From assembly GCF_004010195.1 (NCBI RefSeq), contig NC_057719.1, positions 24,870,750-24,934,749 on the forward strand: a DNA stretch of 64,000 nt, read 5' to 3'. Below are positions 52,364 to 63,680 of this stretch, in pieces (within the stretch, counting starts at the first letter, position 1; each line of letters opens with the position of its first letter). The translations under genes and the position numbers were made by a program. The DNA is from Chiloscyllium plagiosum (taxonomy: Eukaryota). Below the pieces are notes generated by a model. The model did no database searches, had not been told where the DNA came from, and saw nothing but the letters and a program-made list of their open reading frames with translations.

Positions 52364-53994
52364 CCTATGTTAATATAAACCAGGCATTAGACTTGGTCTG
52401 TGTCATTGAGGGAACAACACAATTATAGAGTTCAGATTAGATTACACAATATTTAATATAATTAGGGTGCCAGATTAGATCAGTTGGCTTGAGTGCGCTG
52501 CAGAGAAATAGTAACAGCATGTGTTGAGATAGACTTGGGCTTGCCCTTTCACCTTACCCCGAGAATGAAAATTGTCAAGGAAACAGCTGAGGGTGAAACA
52601 CCAGCAAATGATGAACCACGATCCTGTTTTTGGACAGAGTACATATGAATGAACATAATAGAATAAAACTAATATGTGACAACCTCTTGAGCTTTTAAAC
52701 ACAGATTAACTGAAATGTAAAAGTGACTTAAAGACTGTAATCTTATAAATGACTTCATATGATATCATTATTCAATTATTATGACATTGGTCTCAGTTCC
52801 TGACACCTGGCATTTTAAATAAAGTACGCTTTATCACTCGTTACATAGGATGTGCAGTTTAGAATAAAATCAGTTTCTGAAAATTTGCATAATAAAGTAT
52901 CTTATATTAATTGAATAACTATACTTAATTGATATATATTTAAAAGGAACAGTTTAAACCAAAAATTTAGATTTAGATTTTATTGTCACATGTACTCAAG
53001 TGTAGGAATACATGACTACAGTAAAAAGTGTACAAAGTCAACGTTTTCCAGCGCCATCTTGGTTCCAAAAACAGAAATTTATTTTGAATGTTCAGGAGTG
53101 GTAAATAAACCTTATTTTTATTACATTTTACTCTCTAGTAAGATTAAATCATCACAGGTGAGGCCGGCATTCGTTGCCATCCCTAATTGAATAGCTTGCT
53201 AAGCCTCTTCAGAGGGTAGCAACGAGTCAAATACACATTGTCAGTTGAGAGCCAAACATACACCAAATCTGAAAAAGACGTTAAACTCTATTTCCTCAAG
53301 GGTTTTCAAGACAATCAGTTGTATAGTTACCATGACTCTTCAACTCCTGACTTTTGTTGTTAATTAATTTAATTCACATTCCACCAGCTGTCATGATGGC
53401 ATTTGAACCATGTCCCAGAACATTGATATGAATCTCTAGATCAGTAGTCCACTCACAATACCAAAGGCCACCGTGCCTCCAAATCTATAAATAATTTATA
53501 TCCATTTAAAATAACACAAAAATAAAATTATATTACTTATTTCAACAATGCCTCAAAGTAGAATTATTCATCTAATCTGTTGAACTGTCTTATTATAGAT
53601 GAACTAGCAGTTCTCTGTATTGTTTATGGCATGTCATAGTATTTCAACAATCTTTGTAGTCAAAGAAAAAATTGGAAGTGACAATGAAAGTTATATTCAG
53701 TGCCTCCAATATAAAAACAACAAATTGTGAAAAAAAAACTAAGTGCAAACAATGGAAACAGTGAAACGTAACTTTGCACGTTATGTGCACAATAAACTCC
53801 ATTCAAAGAGAATTGTAATAAATGAATGCTCTGGGTGTATGCCAAGCACAACCAAAGGTTGTGATAATGATTTACTGGGCCTAGCTTTGTCAATGGCCAG
53901 GCAGTGATGTCGTAGTCATGTAACTGAAATGGTAATCCAAATCCCCAGGCTAATGTTCCAGGCAATTGGTTTTATATTCCACATGCTTCTTAAT

Positions 53995-55092
53995 AATTGG
54001 TTCCGGGGAGTGTTGCCAAACAAAGAGACATTGGGGTGCAGGTTCATAGTTTCTTGAAGCTGGAGTCACAGGTAGAAATGGTAGTGAAGAAGTTGTTTTG
54101 TACATTTGCCTTTATTGGTCAGTGCATTGAGTTTAGGAGGACATTAATTAGGCCACTTTTGGAATATTGCATGCAATTCTGGTTTCTCTGCTATAGGAAG
54201 GATTTGTTAAATTTGAAAGGATACAGAAAAGATTTACAAGGATATTGCCATATTTGGAGGATTTGAACTATCAGGAGAGGCTGAATAAGCTGGGGCTATT
54301 TCCCTGGAGCATCAGAGGCTAAGGGTTGACCTTATAGAGGTTTATAAAAGCATGCAGGGCATGGATAGGGTAAATAGTCAAACTTAAAAATCACACAACA
54401 CCAGGTTATAGTCCAACAGGTTTAATTGGAAGCACACTAGCTTTCGGAGCAATGCTCCTTATATCTGTGTCAATAAGTGCAATCTTCTTGGAAATCCTCT
54501 CCACTTTAAGCCGCGGTTAGTGGTGTCGATAGTAGTCATGATTTGGAGATGCCGGTGTTGGACTGGGGTGTACAAAGTTAAAACTCACACAACACCAGGT
54601 TATAGTCGGCTTAAAGTGGAGAGGATCTCCAAGAAGATTGCACTTATCAACACAGACATAAGGAGCATCGCTCCAAAAGCTCATGCTTCCAATTAAACCT
54701 GTTGGACTATAACCTGGTGTTGAGTGATTTTTAACTTTGTACACCCCAGTCCAACACCGGCATCTCCAAATCGTAAATAGTCAAGGTCTTTTTCCCAGGG
54801 TAGAGGAGTCAAAAGCTAAAGGGCATAGGTTTAAGGTGGAGGGGGAAATATATAAAAGAAACCTGAGGGGCAACGTTTTCACGGAGAGGGTGGTGCATGA
54901 ATGAGCTGGCAGAAGGTGTATACCAATTACAACATTTAAAAGGTATAGTTGGGTATGTGAATAAGAAGGGTTTCAAGGGCCTAATATGGGCCTATTACTG
55001 ACAAATGGGACTAGATTATTTAAGGTCTTGTCGGCATGGACTAGTTGGACCGAAGGGTCTGTTTCATTCTGTACAACTCGACGATTCTATGG
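53995..55092 (+). mobile_element. CR1 3' fragment interrupted by a Penelope-derived insert
   Basis: LESQVEMVVKK...LLEYCMQFW; the CR1 resumes after the TSD at 54773-54784. Confidence 0.85.
54382..54772. mobile_element. Complex fold-back mini-Penelope with a 12-bp TSD
   Basis: TSD gtaaatagtcaa at 54370-54381 and 54773-54784; three pseudo-LTR pieces in inverted arrangement. Confidence 0.82.
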
Positions 55093-56854
55093 TGCACTTT
55101 GAATTCAATAAATTTGGAATTTGAAGCTAGTTCTTTGTTATAAAAACCATCTGACCCCTATTGTCCATTAGGGAAGGAAATCTGCTGCCCTTACCTGTTC
55201 TGATATTTACATGACTCCATGGTTGTCTCTCAAATGACCTGGAAGTGTCCTGATTATACTATTCAGTACAAGATGCAATTAAGGGAAAAAAAACAAGCTG
55301 TCAAGAAGAGAAGTTTTTTGGTTTATTCTGAAATTAATGAAGTACTTTTGAAAGCATTAAAGAGATCTGTATGTTTTCTTTTAAAATATTATGAATGTGA
55401 AATTGATATTTTACATATTCATTAGATATATGATTATAACACATAGCTCTCCAAATCTTAAGACCCACAACAAGGTGGTTAACTCTTAACTACCCTCTGG
55501 GCAATTAGGGATAGGCTCGCAATGCCCATACCCCATCAGTAAGTGAGAAAAAAAATTAAAAATGGACAATAGCAGTTATCTGGAAAGACTTCTTCTGAAG
55601 CATTCAGTTCATCACCCTACAACAGTGTTCTCCACTAGTACATTAAAGTCACTTTGAAACAGAGAAATAATTAATTCTCATAAAATATTTTGGGCTTTCA
55701 GGAAAGCTTTTATGTATTATTCCATTTTGTAATTAAAAAGTTGTTTTAGCAGAATTCATTGACTCAGACAATAACTGCACAATATCAGTAAATCAAGACT
55801 CTGCTCATAAACAAATAGCTTGTGTAATTCAAATCATTTTATAGATGCAAGTTTGACGTCTTTGAGTATAATTTCCTACAATAATTTCTGAAAAATTAAT
55901 ACATAATTTGAAACCGTTAGTCCTAGATTAGAGACATTGGTTTAATCTTCGTTATGAATACACATTTTTAATCTATCTTTTAACTTCATGATGTAAGATA
56001 TTTAATTATGTTAGATTAGGTTCATTGTGTGGGCTTGCTATTACATGTTAATTATTTTACTCATGTTTCACTGGTGAAATATAAAACTGAATGCAACTCA
56101 ATATTTCAAGTAAGTTATCTAATCATACATACAAGCTCCCAGCTTATTTTGTAAAGTAAGAGATCCTGTATACTTTAAGCACTTTTCGCGCTACTTCAAA
56201 ATTATGTAACATTAATTATGTTTTTTGAAGAATTTACCAATTAATTGAATGTAATAGTTTATATTGTGTGCATTCTAACCTTTGTATATATACATGAATC
56301 AAGTTGTAATCATGTGCAATGTTTTTGCAGGACATAATGTTCCACATTTTCCAATGGTGTCAAAGTTAATGTGTACCAGTAAGACATGCTGGAGGATAGA
56401 TCCTCACTAGCTTTGTCAGGCACTCTGCAGCCTGGATAGCACTGTATCAAGGCCAGTAACAAAATCTGAGTGATGTTCCACTGTTTTAACCATTGAGTCA
56501 GGTTTGAAAGTATCTTATAACTTAACATGGAAATCATATGAATGGGGTGGGGGGGTAATATGGTTGCATAAATTTCAGAAAATCTGTCTGTTTTGGTAGC
56601 ATAGAAATGGTCAACTAAATGACTTACGAATTGTCAGATAATTCTTAGGTTTCAGTATGTTCAGTTCCAAACAACTGCAATCATTGTACGTAGCATGTTT
56701 CCACAAACATAACTGAAATGAGTTAAAATAATAATTTCTAGTATTGAGAAGTAAATCCTGACCAGATTACTCAAATGATCCTTCTTCTCTTCTTCAAATA
56801 ATGCAATGGAAACCAGATGGTAGCTATGTTAAAATATAATTAAAGGCAGGCATT

Positions 56855-57429
56855 CAAGCAGACTCAGGGAGCATCTGCACTCTGCATGCACTAACCAACC
56901 TGACCTTACAGTTACTATCCACTTTAACTTCCCCTCCCACTCCCCCAATGAAATGTCCATCCTTGGACTCCACCGCTACCAGAGTGAAGCCAAACAGAAA
57001 CAGGAGGAACAACACCTTGTATTTCTACTGGGAAGCTTGCAGCCCAATGGCCTCAACATGGACTTCACCAGCTTCAAAGTTCCTCCTCCCCCAACCTTAT
57101 TCCATGTCTAGTTCCATCCCTCCTCCTCGCTTCTCTGACCTGCTCTAACAGGTCCATCTTCCTTCTCACCTATTCCTCCACTCTTCCCACTAACCAATCA
57201 CAAAACCCTTGCCTGCATCCGCCCACCACCATCCCATCTATGCTTCCCCAAGCCCCATCCCCACTCCTCTCTATTTACTTCTGGACTGCTCTCCCGCTAT
57301 CCAGTCCTGACAAAGGGCTTTGGCCCGAAACATTGATTTTCCTGCTCCTTGAATGCTTTTAACCTGCTGTGGTCTTCCATTTTTACATCTATTGACTCTG
57401 ACATCCAGCATTGCAATCCTTACTGTCTC
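56855..57429 (+). mobile_element. Penelope-like 3' fragment
   Basis: RLREHL...HFN...EEQHLVFLLGSLQPNGLNMDFTSF remnant; CTGACAAAGGGCTTTGGCCCGAAAC motif. Confidence 0.75.
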
Positions 57430-58449
57430 AAAGTAGACATGGTAATATTTATTTATTAATGCAACATAGGGTTAGCCTAGTTTATCAACTTTACAATCTA
57501 TTACAAATATAGGTACAAAGGTATTTGTTTAGCATACCTGAGGTTTAAAAGAAAGTCTTTATAACAGAAAATGTTTCAGGCACACAGAAGTCAGCAACTG
57601 AAAGAGAAAGTTACACTCCACTGCAATTTTTATTTTACTTTCTTTCTGATCTTGTGATGAAGGTTTCTATTTGACAATTTGGATCCTAAAATAGAGATAA
57701 GTGGATTTTTCGGTTTTAAATTTGTGAAGGTATCTTGCTTTTTAAGACTCATAAACCTTTTTAGTTATGGATTAAATGAGCATTTCCAATAAACCATGTA
57801 ATGTAAGCTAAGTGACCAGACAAGCTACCTAGTGAGATAAATGTTGATGTGTTGAGTTATTATAACAGAGTCTAGAAGCCAGAAGCAGATTCACTTTGGT
57901 AGAAAACTCTATTCCCGCATAAAGGCAGCTTATTTTTGGCAGTTTGCAGCCCATCAGGAAAAAGAGGCTTAAACTGTTTGGCAGTCCAGGTAGTCAGGAA
58001 TGGGAAAAAAAAACTGATATTTTCTTAGAGTTCAGTAAGAAACATCAGAGAGTTACTGTCAGAGAAATTAGCCTCATAAAGCAGAGATCACAAAACACAG
58101 ATCAAAGTGAAATTAACAAACAGTTTATTAACACAGCGATATTGCGGAAGATAATCTGACCAAGCTGAAGCAGCACAGACAGTCTGTCCAAGTAGCTGAA
58201 GCTCTCTTCCCTGAGCTGAAAATCAAGCCAGTTTTTATTAGAATACAGTACAATGATGCAAATTAAAAAAGACAATGGTCTTGATAGTCAAGTAATCAAG
58301 TTACAATGGTACTAATCGCTAAGCAGTTATCAGAAGAATATCCTGAATGTAGATACAATGAAGCATCCTGGCAGCATCAATCAGTTCCTAATGGGATCAG
58401 GAGATTCCAGCTCTCTTCGAGGGTAGGTGAGAATGTCCCTTTTCTTGGC

Positions 58450-58674
58450 TAAAAATCACACAAAACCAGACTGTAGTCCAACAGGTTTATTTGGAAGCAC
58501 TAATTTTCTGAGCGCTGCTCCTTCATCAGGTGGTTCATCAGGTGACAACCACTGATGAAGGAGCAGCGTTCCAAAAGCTAGTGCTTCCAAATAAACCTGT
58601 TGGACTATAACCTGGTGGCGTATGATTTTTAACTTTGTACACCCCAGTCCAACACCGGCATCTCCAAATCATGA
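58450..58674. mobile_element. Short palindromic Penelope-derived element with a 12-bp TSD
   Basis: TSD ccttttcttggc at 58438-58449 and 58675-58686; two opposed CTGATGAAGGAGCAGCG motifs. Confidence 0.85.
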
Positions 58675-59400
58675 CCTTTTCTTGGCAGTATGGTGTTTCC
58701 ATTGTTGCTCTCTGTGAGCAAGGTATTCTGGTGTCTCTCTGTCTGGTATCACTGGGGTACAAGACTGTCCATAGGGCTTTGGGACAGCTGTGTTTATCGG
58801 GTGTAGGAAGCTTATCATCAGGTTGTCTTGGGAAATGTATTCCCTGGTCTGCGAGTGACTGTAGTCATGTCTGGTTTCTCTTGTCAGTCTGTTTGGTCAA
58901 TGCTGAGGCATTCTGGGAGTTCCTTGCATGGTTTGAATGAGCTTGATTTCCTGCGTTCTTTATGGCCATGCTGTGGGTAGGCAGAGTGGCAGATCTTTTC
59001 CCACAGTTACCTTGTGTCTGTATATTTCTGAGAGAAACAGAAAAAATCACACCGAGTGAATGTGCTGAAAGTTGCCAAAAGGAAACTTGTGATCTCGATA
59101 GTTGAGTAAGAAATTAAAGGGAAGATCAGAGTCATACTCCAATGGAATTGAGTGTCAGTAAAGGACATTGCAAAGAAAAAGAATCATTAAGTTTGTTTCT
59201 CTCTCCACAGATTAAGCAGGCCAGTTGTGTTTCTGCAGCATTTTCTCTTTTTATTTCAGATTTCCAGTATCTGCAGTATTTTGCTTTTATTTGGGTAATA
59301 GGTCCTTTTGTTTCCTGAATAGACCAGGAAGGCAGTGCATCACCAGGATGAATTGTTGGGCAACTAATTGCTCAAGTTTGAGAGCATATCCAACAATACA

Positions 59401-59648
59401 GCCTCGGGCGACTGTGTGTGGAGTTTGCACATTCTCCCTGTGTCTGTGTGGGTTTCCTCTGGGTGCTCCACTTTCCTCCCACAATCCAAAAATATGCAGG
59501 TCGGGTGAATTGGCCATGCTAAATTGCCCATGATGTTAGGTGTATTAGTCAGAGGGAAATGGGTCTGGGTGGGTTACTCTTCAGAGGGTCGGTGTGGACT
59601 CGGTGGGCCAAAGGGCCTGTTTCCACACTGTAGGTGATCTAATCTAAT
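59401..59648 (+). mobile_element. HE1-type SINE, 5'-truncated
   Basis: gcctcgggcgactgtgtgtggagtttgcac core and atctaatct tail. Confidence 0.85.
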
Positions 59649-60020
59649 ATATATTTAATCACAGTTGGCAACTGTAACTGGTAAGGCTTAATAAAGTGAA
59701 AATCCTTGATGATTGCATTTTTTGACAAGAGTACCACTGATTACTAAACCAATGTGGGCAGATGGTGTTAAGATTCAGCCCAGCCATAATCTAATGAGGG
59801 AGCAGACTCCAGTAATGGCAGAATAGCTTTTTTTCCCTGGCTTATATACCTAAATAATTGTACTAAAACAGAGAGACACTAACAACAAGAACTCTTCACT
59901 GGAACTTTATTTGACAGAGGAACAAAAGTAAGCAAATCTTAGAGCAAAGACCTTCGCCACATTCAGAAGGCACAATGGGGACTCGAGACAAAGGTACAGG
60001 ACCCAGAGGCATTGGTCAAT

Positions 60021-60026
60021 TTTATT
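60021..60026 (-). other. Putative COX8 polyadenylation signal AATAAA
   Basis: tttatt on the + strand about 120 nt downstream of the stop codon; a second one lies near 59906. Confidence 0.55.
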
Positions 60027-60145
60027 ATACATAACCAATAAAAGATGATTTTTAGCTAAAGATTCGAAAAGGCGTTGCAATTTCTGAATGCATCCGTGCG
60101 CTGATCACAAAGACTCGTTGTTCGTCCAATCTTTTGTTGTGTGTC

Positions 60146-60241
60146 CTAATGTTTTTTGCGGCATTCTGGCAGATGATGAAGAATCCAGCCCGCTGGTCCC
60201 AGAAGGGTCAATGCAAAAACTGACAAACAGAATACAGAAGC
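60146..60241 (-). CDS. COX8: Cytochrome c oxidase subunit 8, exon 2 (ASVFCLSVFALTLLGPAGWILHHLPECRKKH*)
   Basis: attttgcag| acceptor after a pyrimidine tract; transmembrane helix with the COX8 hallmark PAGWIL-x-HL; TAG stop. Confidence 0.92.
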   Translation of the reverse strand, partial: ASVFCLSVFALTLLGPAGWILHHLPECRKKH

Positions 60242-60756
60242 CTGCAAAATTCACAGGGAGAGAGAGAAAACAAAATCACCGCTTTGAAGGCAAATACAAC
60301 TTCTTGGCATTTCACAAATCCTGAAGTTTGTGGAAAAAAATCACTGGCAATAAACGATACATGGAAATTTCGTAGCAAGCACTCAAAAGTTTTAACAACC
60401 GGTCATTTACAAAGCACAAGGGGATTAATTTACACGAAAACAGTTTTATACAAACGGTCGTTTGAAGTTAAACAGCCAAAAAACCGCATTTAATAAAAAA
60501 AAGGGCCATGCCAATAAAGGAGAATTTCAAAATAAATTATCGCTGTTAAACGAAGATTTTTTTAAAAAAGAGTTGAAACGAGAAAGAGTTTTACAAGATT
60601 ACTTGAGCTAACTTTGTACTTTGTAAATTATAAGCGCCACAAAATGACGGTGGAGTTTCTTTCCCCAATGCTCTTGCGGGTTTTTTTTTCCGATTTTCTC
60701 AGCAACTGGTGTGAGTGGACGTGACAGACATCATGATGCCGGGGAAACGGACTTAC

Positions 60757-60891
60757 CAAAGGGCCGATTTTTGCTTTGGGAGGTTTGCCGTAAATGTTGG
60801 CCCTTTGCATGAAGAGGAGCCGCTTCCCGGTCCGGAGAAGGCCACCACCGCTGCCGCGTCCACCGAAAGCCCCTCGGAGAACGCCTGACAT
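60757..60891 (-). CDS. COX8: Cytochrome c oxidase subunit 8, exon 1 (MSGVLRGAFGGRGSGGGLLRTGKRLLFMQRANIYGKPPKAKIGPL)
   Basis: aacatcATG start; Arg-rich, acid-free mitochondrial presequence; the RA-x-I-x-x-KPP motif typical of the COX8 mature N-terminus; |gtaagt donor at phase 0; CpG-rich. Confidence 0.9.
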
Positions 60892-61228
60892 GATGTTCCC
60901 TGCTCGCTTCCCAGTGTCCGCCTGAGACCTCCCCAGTTTCCCACACTCGCTGCCAAGCCTAGGGTTCTGTGACGAGGGAGGCAGGAGAGGTCCACAGCAT
61001 CCATCCAGATGTGCAAGACATCTGCCCAGCTGCAGATGCACTGAACTGACCGTGTTGCTTTATCAACCTCTAAAAGTGCCGAAATTATCCGTAAATCTTT
61101 AATCGCACAAGTTATTAACATTAAAAGAATCTAATTATTTCCAATTATATCATGACACATTCCTTAATTATGCTGATGACAAAAAGGATAAACATCTTAC
61201 AGTTAAGCTTAAAACAATAAATCTTAAT

Positions 61229-61347
61229 CAATAAAAGATGATTTTTAGCTAAAGATTCAAAAAAGAGTTGCAGTTTCTGATTGCATCGGAAAAACTGATC
61301 ACAAAGACTCGTTGTTTGTCCCAATCTTTTGTTGTGTGCCCTAATGT
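61229..61347 (-). repeat. Diverged direct copy of the COX8 stop codon and 3'UTR (60036-60152)
   Basis: caataaaagatgatttttagctaaagattc...tgatcacaaagactcgttgtt...ccaatcttttgttgtgtg.cctaatgt occurs at both loci. Confidence 0.9.
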
Positions 61348-61999
61348 CCCATCAATACTCTAAGGCCTCTGTTAAACATTTGGATTAGACGACATACCTT
61401 TTTGAGAAACGGTTTCACCGTTTAGCAATTATCAAATACAGATAAAATATAAAATTTGTTCCTTTGATCGTTCATCCGGATGAGATCTGGCAATCTGCCT
61501 TCTCTTGAGACTCAGGGTCTGATAGAAGAGGCTCAGGTAGTTCTGGTGCTACTTCTACAGTCAAAACTGGGTGTACAAAGGTAACAACAAAGGGCCCCGC
61601 TAATGGAATTCCTGCATCATTGCTTTTTACACAAAAAATGCTGACTCTTCCTGGTTAGCAAGAGCTTTTGCAAATGCTCAGCTATAACTTCTTTGATGAT
61701 TGACTCTAATTTCCCCATCTTGCCTATTGGATTCAAGGTGTTATGATTTTCAGTACTGCATGAGGACATTAAATGTCTGTTCCATAAGTCAAAAATCAAT
61801 GCAGTTGTGGTTAGGTGCCTGGAGAGGGATTTGAAATATTTTTACATCCCCCTATAAACATGAGAGCATCAAAGTTAGGTACAAAAAGTAGGCCTTATGG
61901 ACCATCAAGCCTGCCTGGTCATTCAATGAGATCATGGCTAATCTGTCCAATTCCATGTTCACATTTAGCTTGGAAAACCTTTGATTCCCTTTCCCAACA

Positions 62000-62710
62000 A
62001 GAGTTTAATTCAGATAAATGTGAGGTGCTGCATTTTGGAAAAGCAAATCTTAGCATCACTTATACACTTAATGATAAGGTCCTAGGGAGTGTTGCTTAAC
62101 AAAGAGACCTTCGAGTGCAGGTTCATAGCTCCTTGAAAGTGGAGTCGCAGGTAGATAGGATAGTGAAGAAGGTGTTTGGTATGCTTTCCTTTATTGGTCA
62201 GAGTATTGAGTACAGGAGTTGGGACATCATGTTGCGGCTGTACAGGACATTGGTTAGGCCACTGTTGGAACATTGCATGCAATTCTGGTCTCCTTCCTAT
62301 CGCAAAGATGTTGTGAAACTCAAAAGGGTTCAGAAAAGATTTACAAGGATGTTGCTAGGGTTGGAGATTTGAGCGAAAGGGAGAGGCTGAACAGGCTGGG
62401 GCTGTTTTCCCTGGAGCGTCGGAGGCTGAGGGGTGACCTTATAGATGTTTACAAAAGTATGAGGGGCATGGATATGATAAATAGACAAAGTCTTTTCCCT
62501 GGGTTGGGGGAGTCCAGAACTAGAGGGCATAGGTTTAGGGTGAGAGGGGCAAGATATAAAAGAGACCTAAGGAGCAACTTTTTCATGCAGAGGGTGGTAC
62601 GTGTATGGAATGAGTTGCCAGAGGAAGTGGTGGAGGCTGGTACAATTGCAACATTTAAAAGGCATTTGGATGGGTATATGAATAGGAAGGGTTTGGAGGG
62701 ATATGACTCT
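62000..62710 (+). mobile_element. Young CR1 3' fragment inserted in an older minus-strand CR1
   Basis: EFNSDKCEVLHFGK...WNELPEEVVEAG; collapsed tail atatgactct. Confidence 0.9.
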
Positions 62711-63459
62711 AATTAATTTACCTCTGCCTAAAAAAAAATTCAATGACCTGCCTCCATCGCCTTCTGAAGCAGAGTTCCATTGTCACACAGCCCTGTGAAA
62801 GAAAACAAAATCCTCCTCTGTCTAAAAGAGTGTCCATTAATTTTAAAACTGTGCCCCTGAATATTCGACTTACCCAACTTGTCAAGACCTTTCCAGATTT
62901 TATACACCAGTTAAATCACCCTTCATCGAAACTCCAGTATAAACATGCCCTGTCTGTCCAACTTTCCCCAGAAGGCAACCTATTCATTCCAGGTATCAAT
63001 TCACCAAACCGCCTCCAATTCATTAACATTCTTCCTTAAATGAGGAGGCCAATCTATGCACAGTGCTTGAGAGTTGGTATGTAATTGAAGTAGAACATCT
63101 GTACTTTTATGTTCAATTCCTTTTGTAATAGAGAATAGCATTATATTGACTTTTTAAAATTACTTGCCATAACTGCATAATAAATTTGTGTGATCCAGGC
63201 ACTAGAATACATAGATCCCTCTGCACCTCAGAGTTCTGCAATCATTCAGTGCTTAAGTAATACTCTGCCTTTTTATTCTTCCTGCCAGACTGAACAACTT
63301 CACATTTTCCCACATTATATTCAATCTGCCAGATTTTTGGCCACTCACCCAAACTATTGATGTTGATCTGCAACCTCATGACATCTCTGCAACATACATA
63401 ACTGGCCATCTTTGTATCATCTACAAGTTCAGCTACAATGCCATCCCACTCATTTAAAA

Positions 63460-63680
63460 CAAAAACAAAAATTGCTAGAAAACCTCAGGAGATCTGGCAG
63501 CAACCGTGGAGAGAAAGCAGAATTGATGTTTCAGGTTCAGTCACCACCTTTCTGAAGAAAGGTCATTGGATCTGAAATTCTGCTTTCTCCCCACAGTTGC
63601 TGCCAGATCACCTGAGTTTATCTCACAATTTTTGTTATGTTTCTGATGTCCAGCATCTGCAGTTCTTTGCGGGTTTTTTT
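63460..63680. mobile_element. Older palindromic Penelope-derived element (related pieces at about 9235-9380, 20355-20450 and 59190-59290)
   Basis: Inverted arms gatctggcagcaac.gtggagagaaagcagaatt / aattctgctttctccccacagttgctgccagatc; ctgaagaaagg centre; ccagcatctgcag terminus. Confidence 0.65.

Noticed and set aside
57830..58260. LTR-like segment (a similar impression at about 22290-22585)
   Set aside because: Composition is suggestive, but no termini, TSD or second copy could be established by eye.
60628..61041. 137-aa ORF as a single-exon gene
   Set aside because: Only 60891-60757 is COX8-like. A strong GTAAGT donor follows ...KIGPL, and the upstream and downstream extensions look non-coding.
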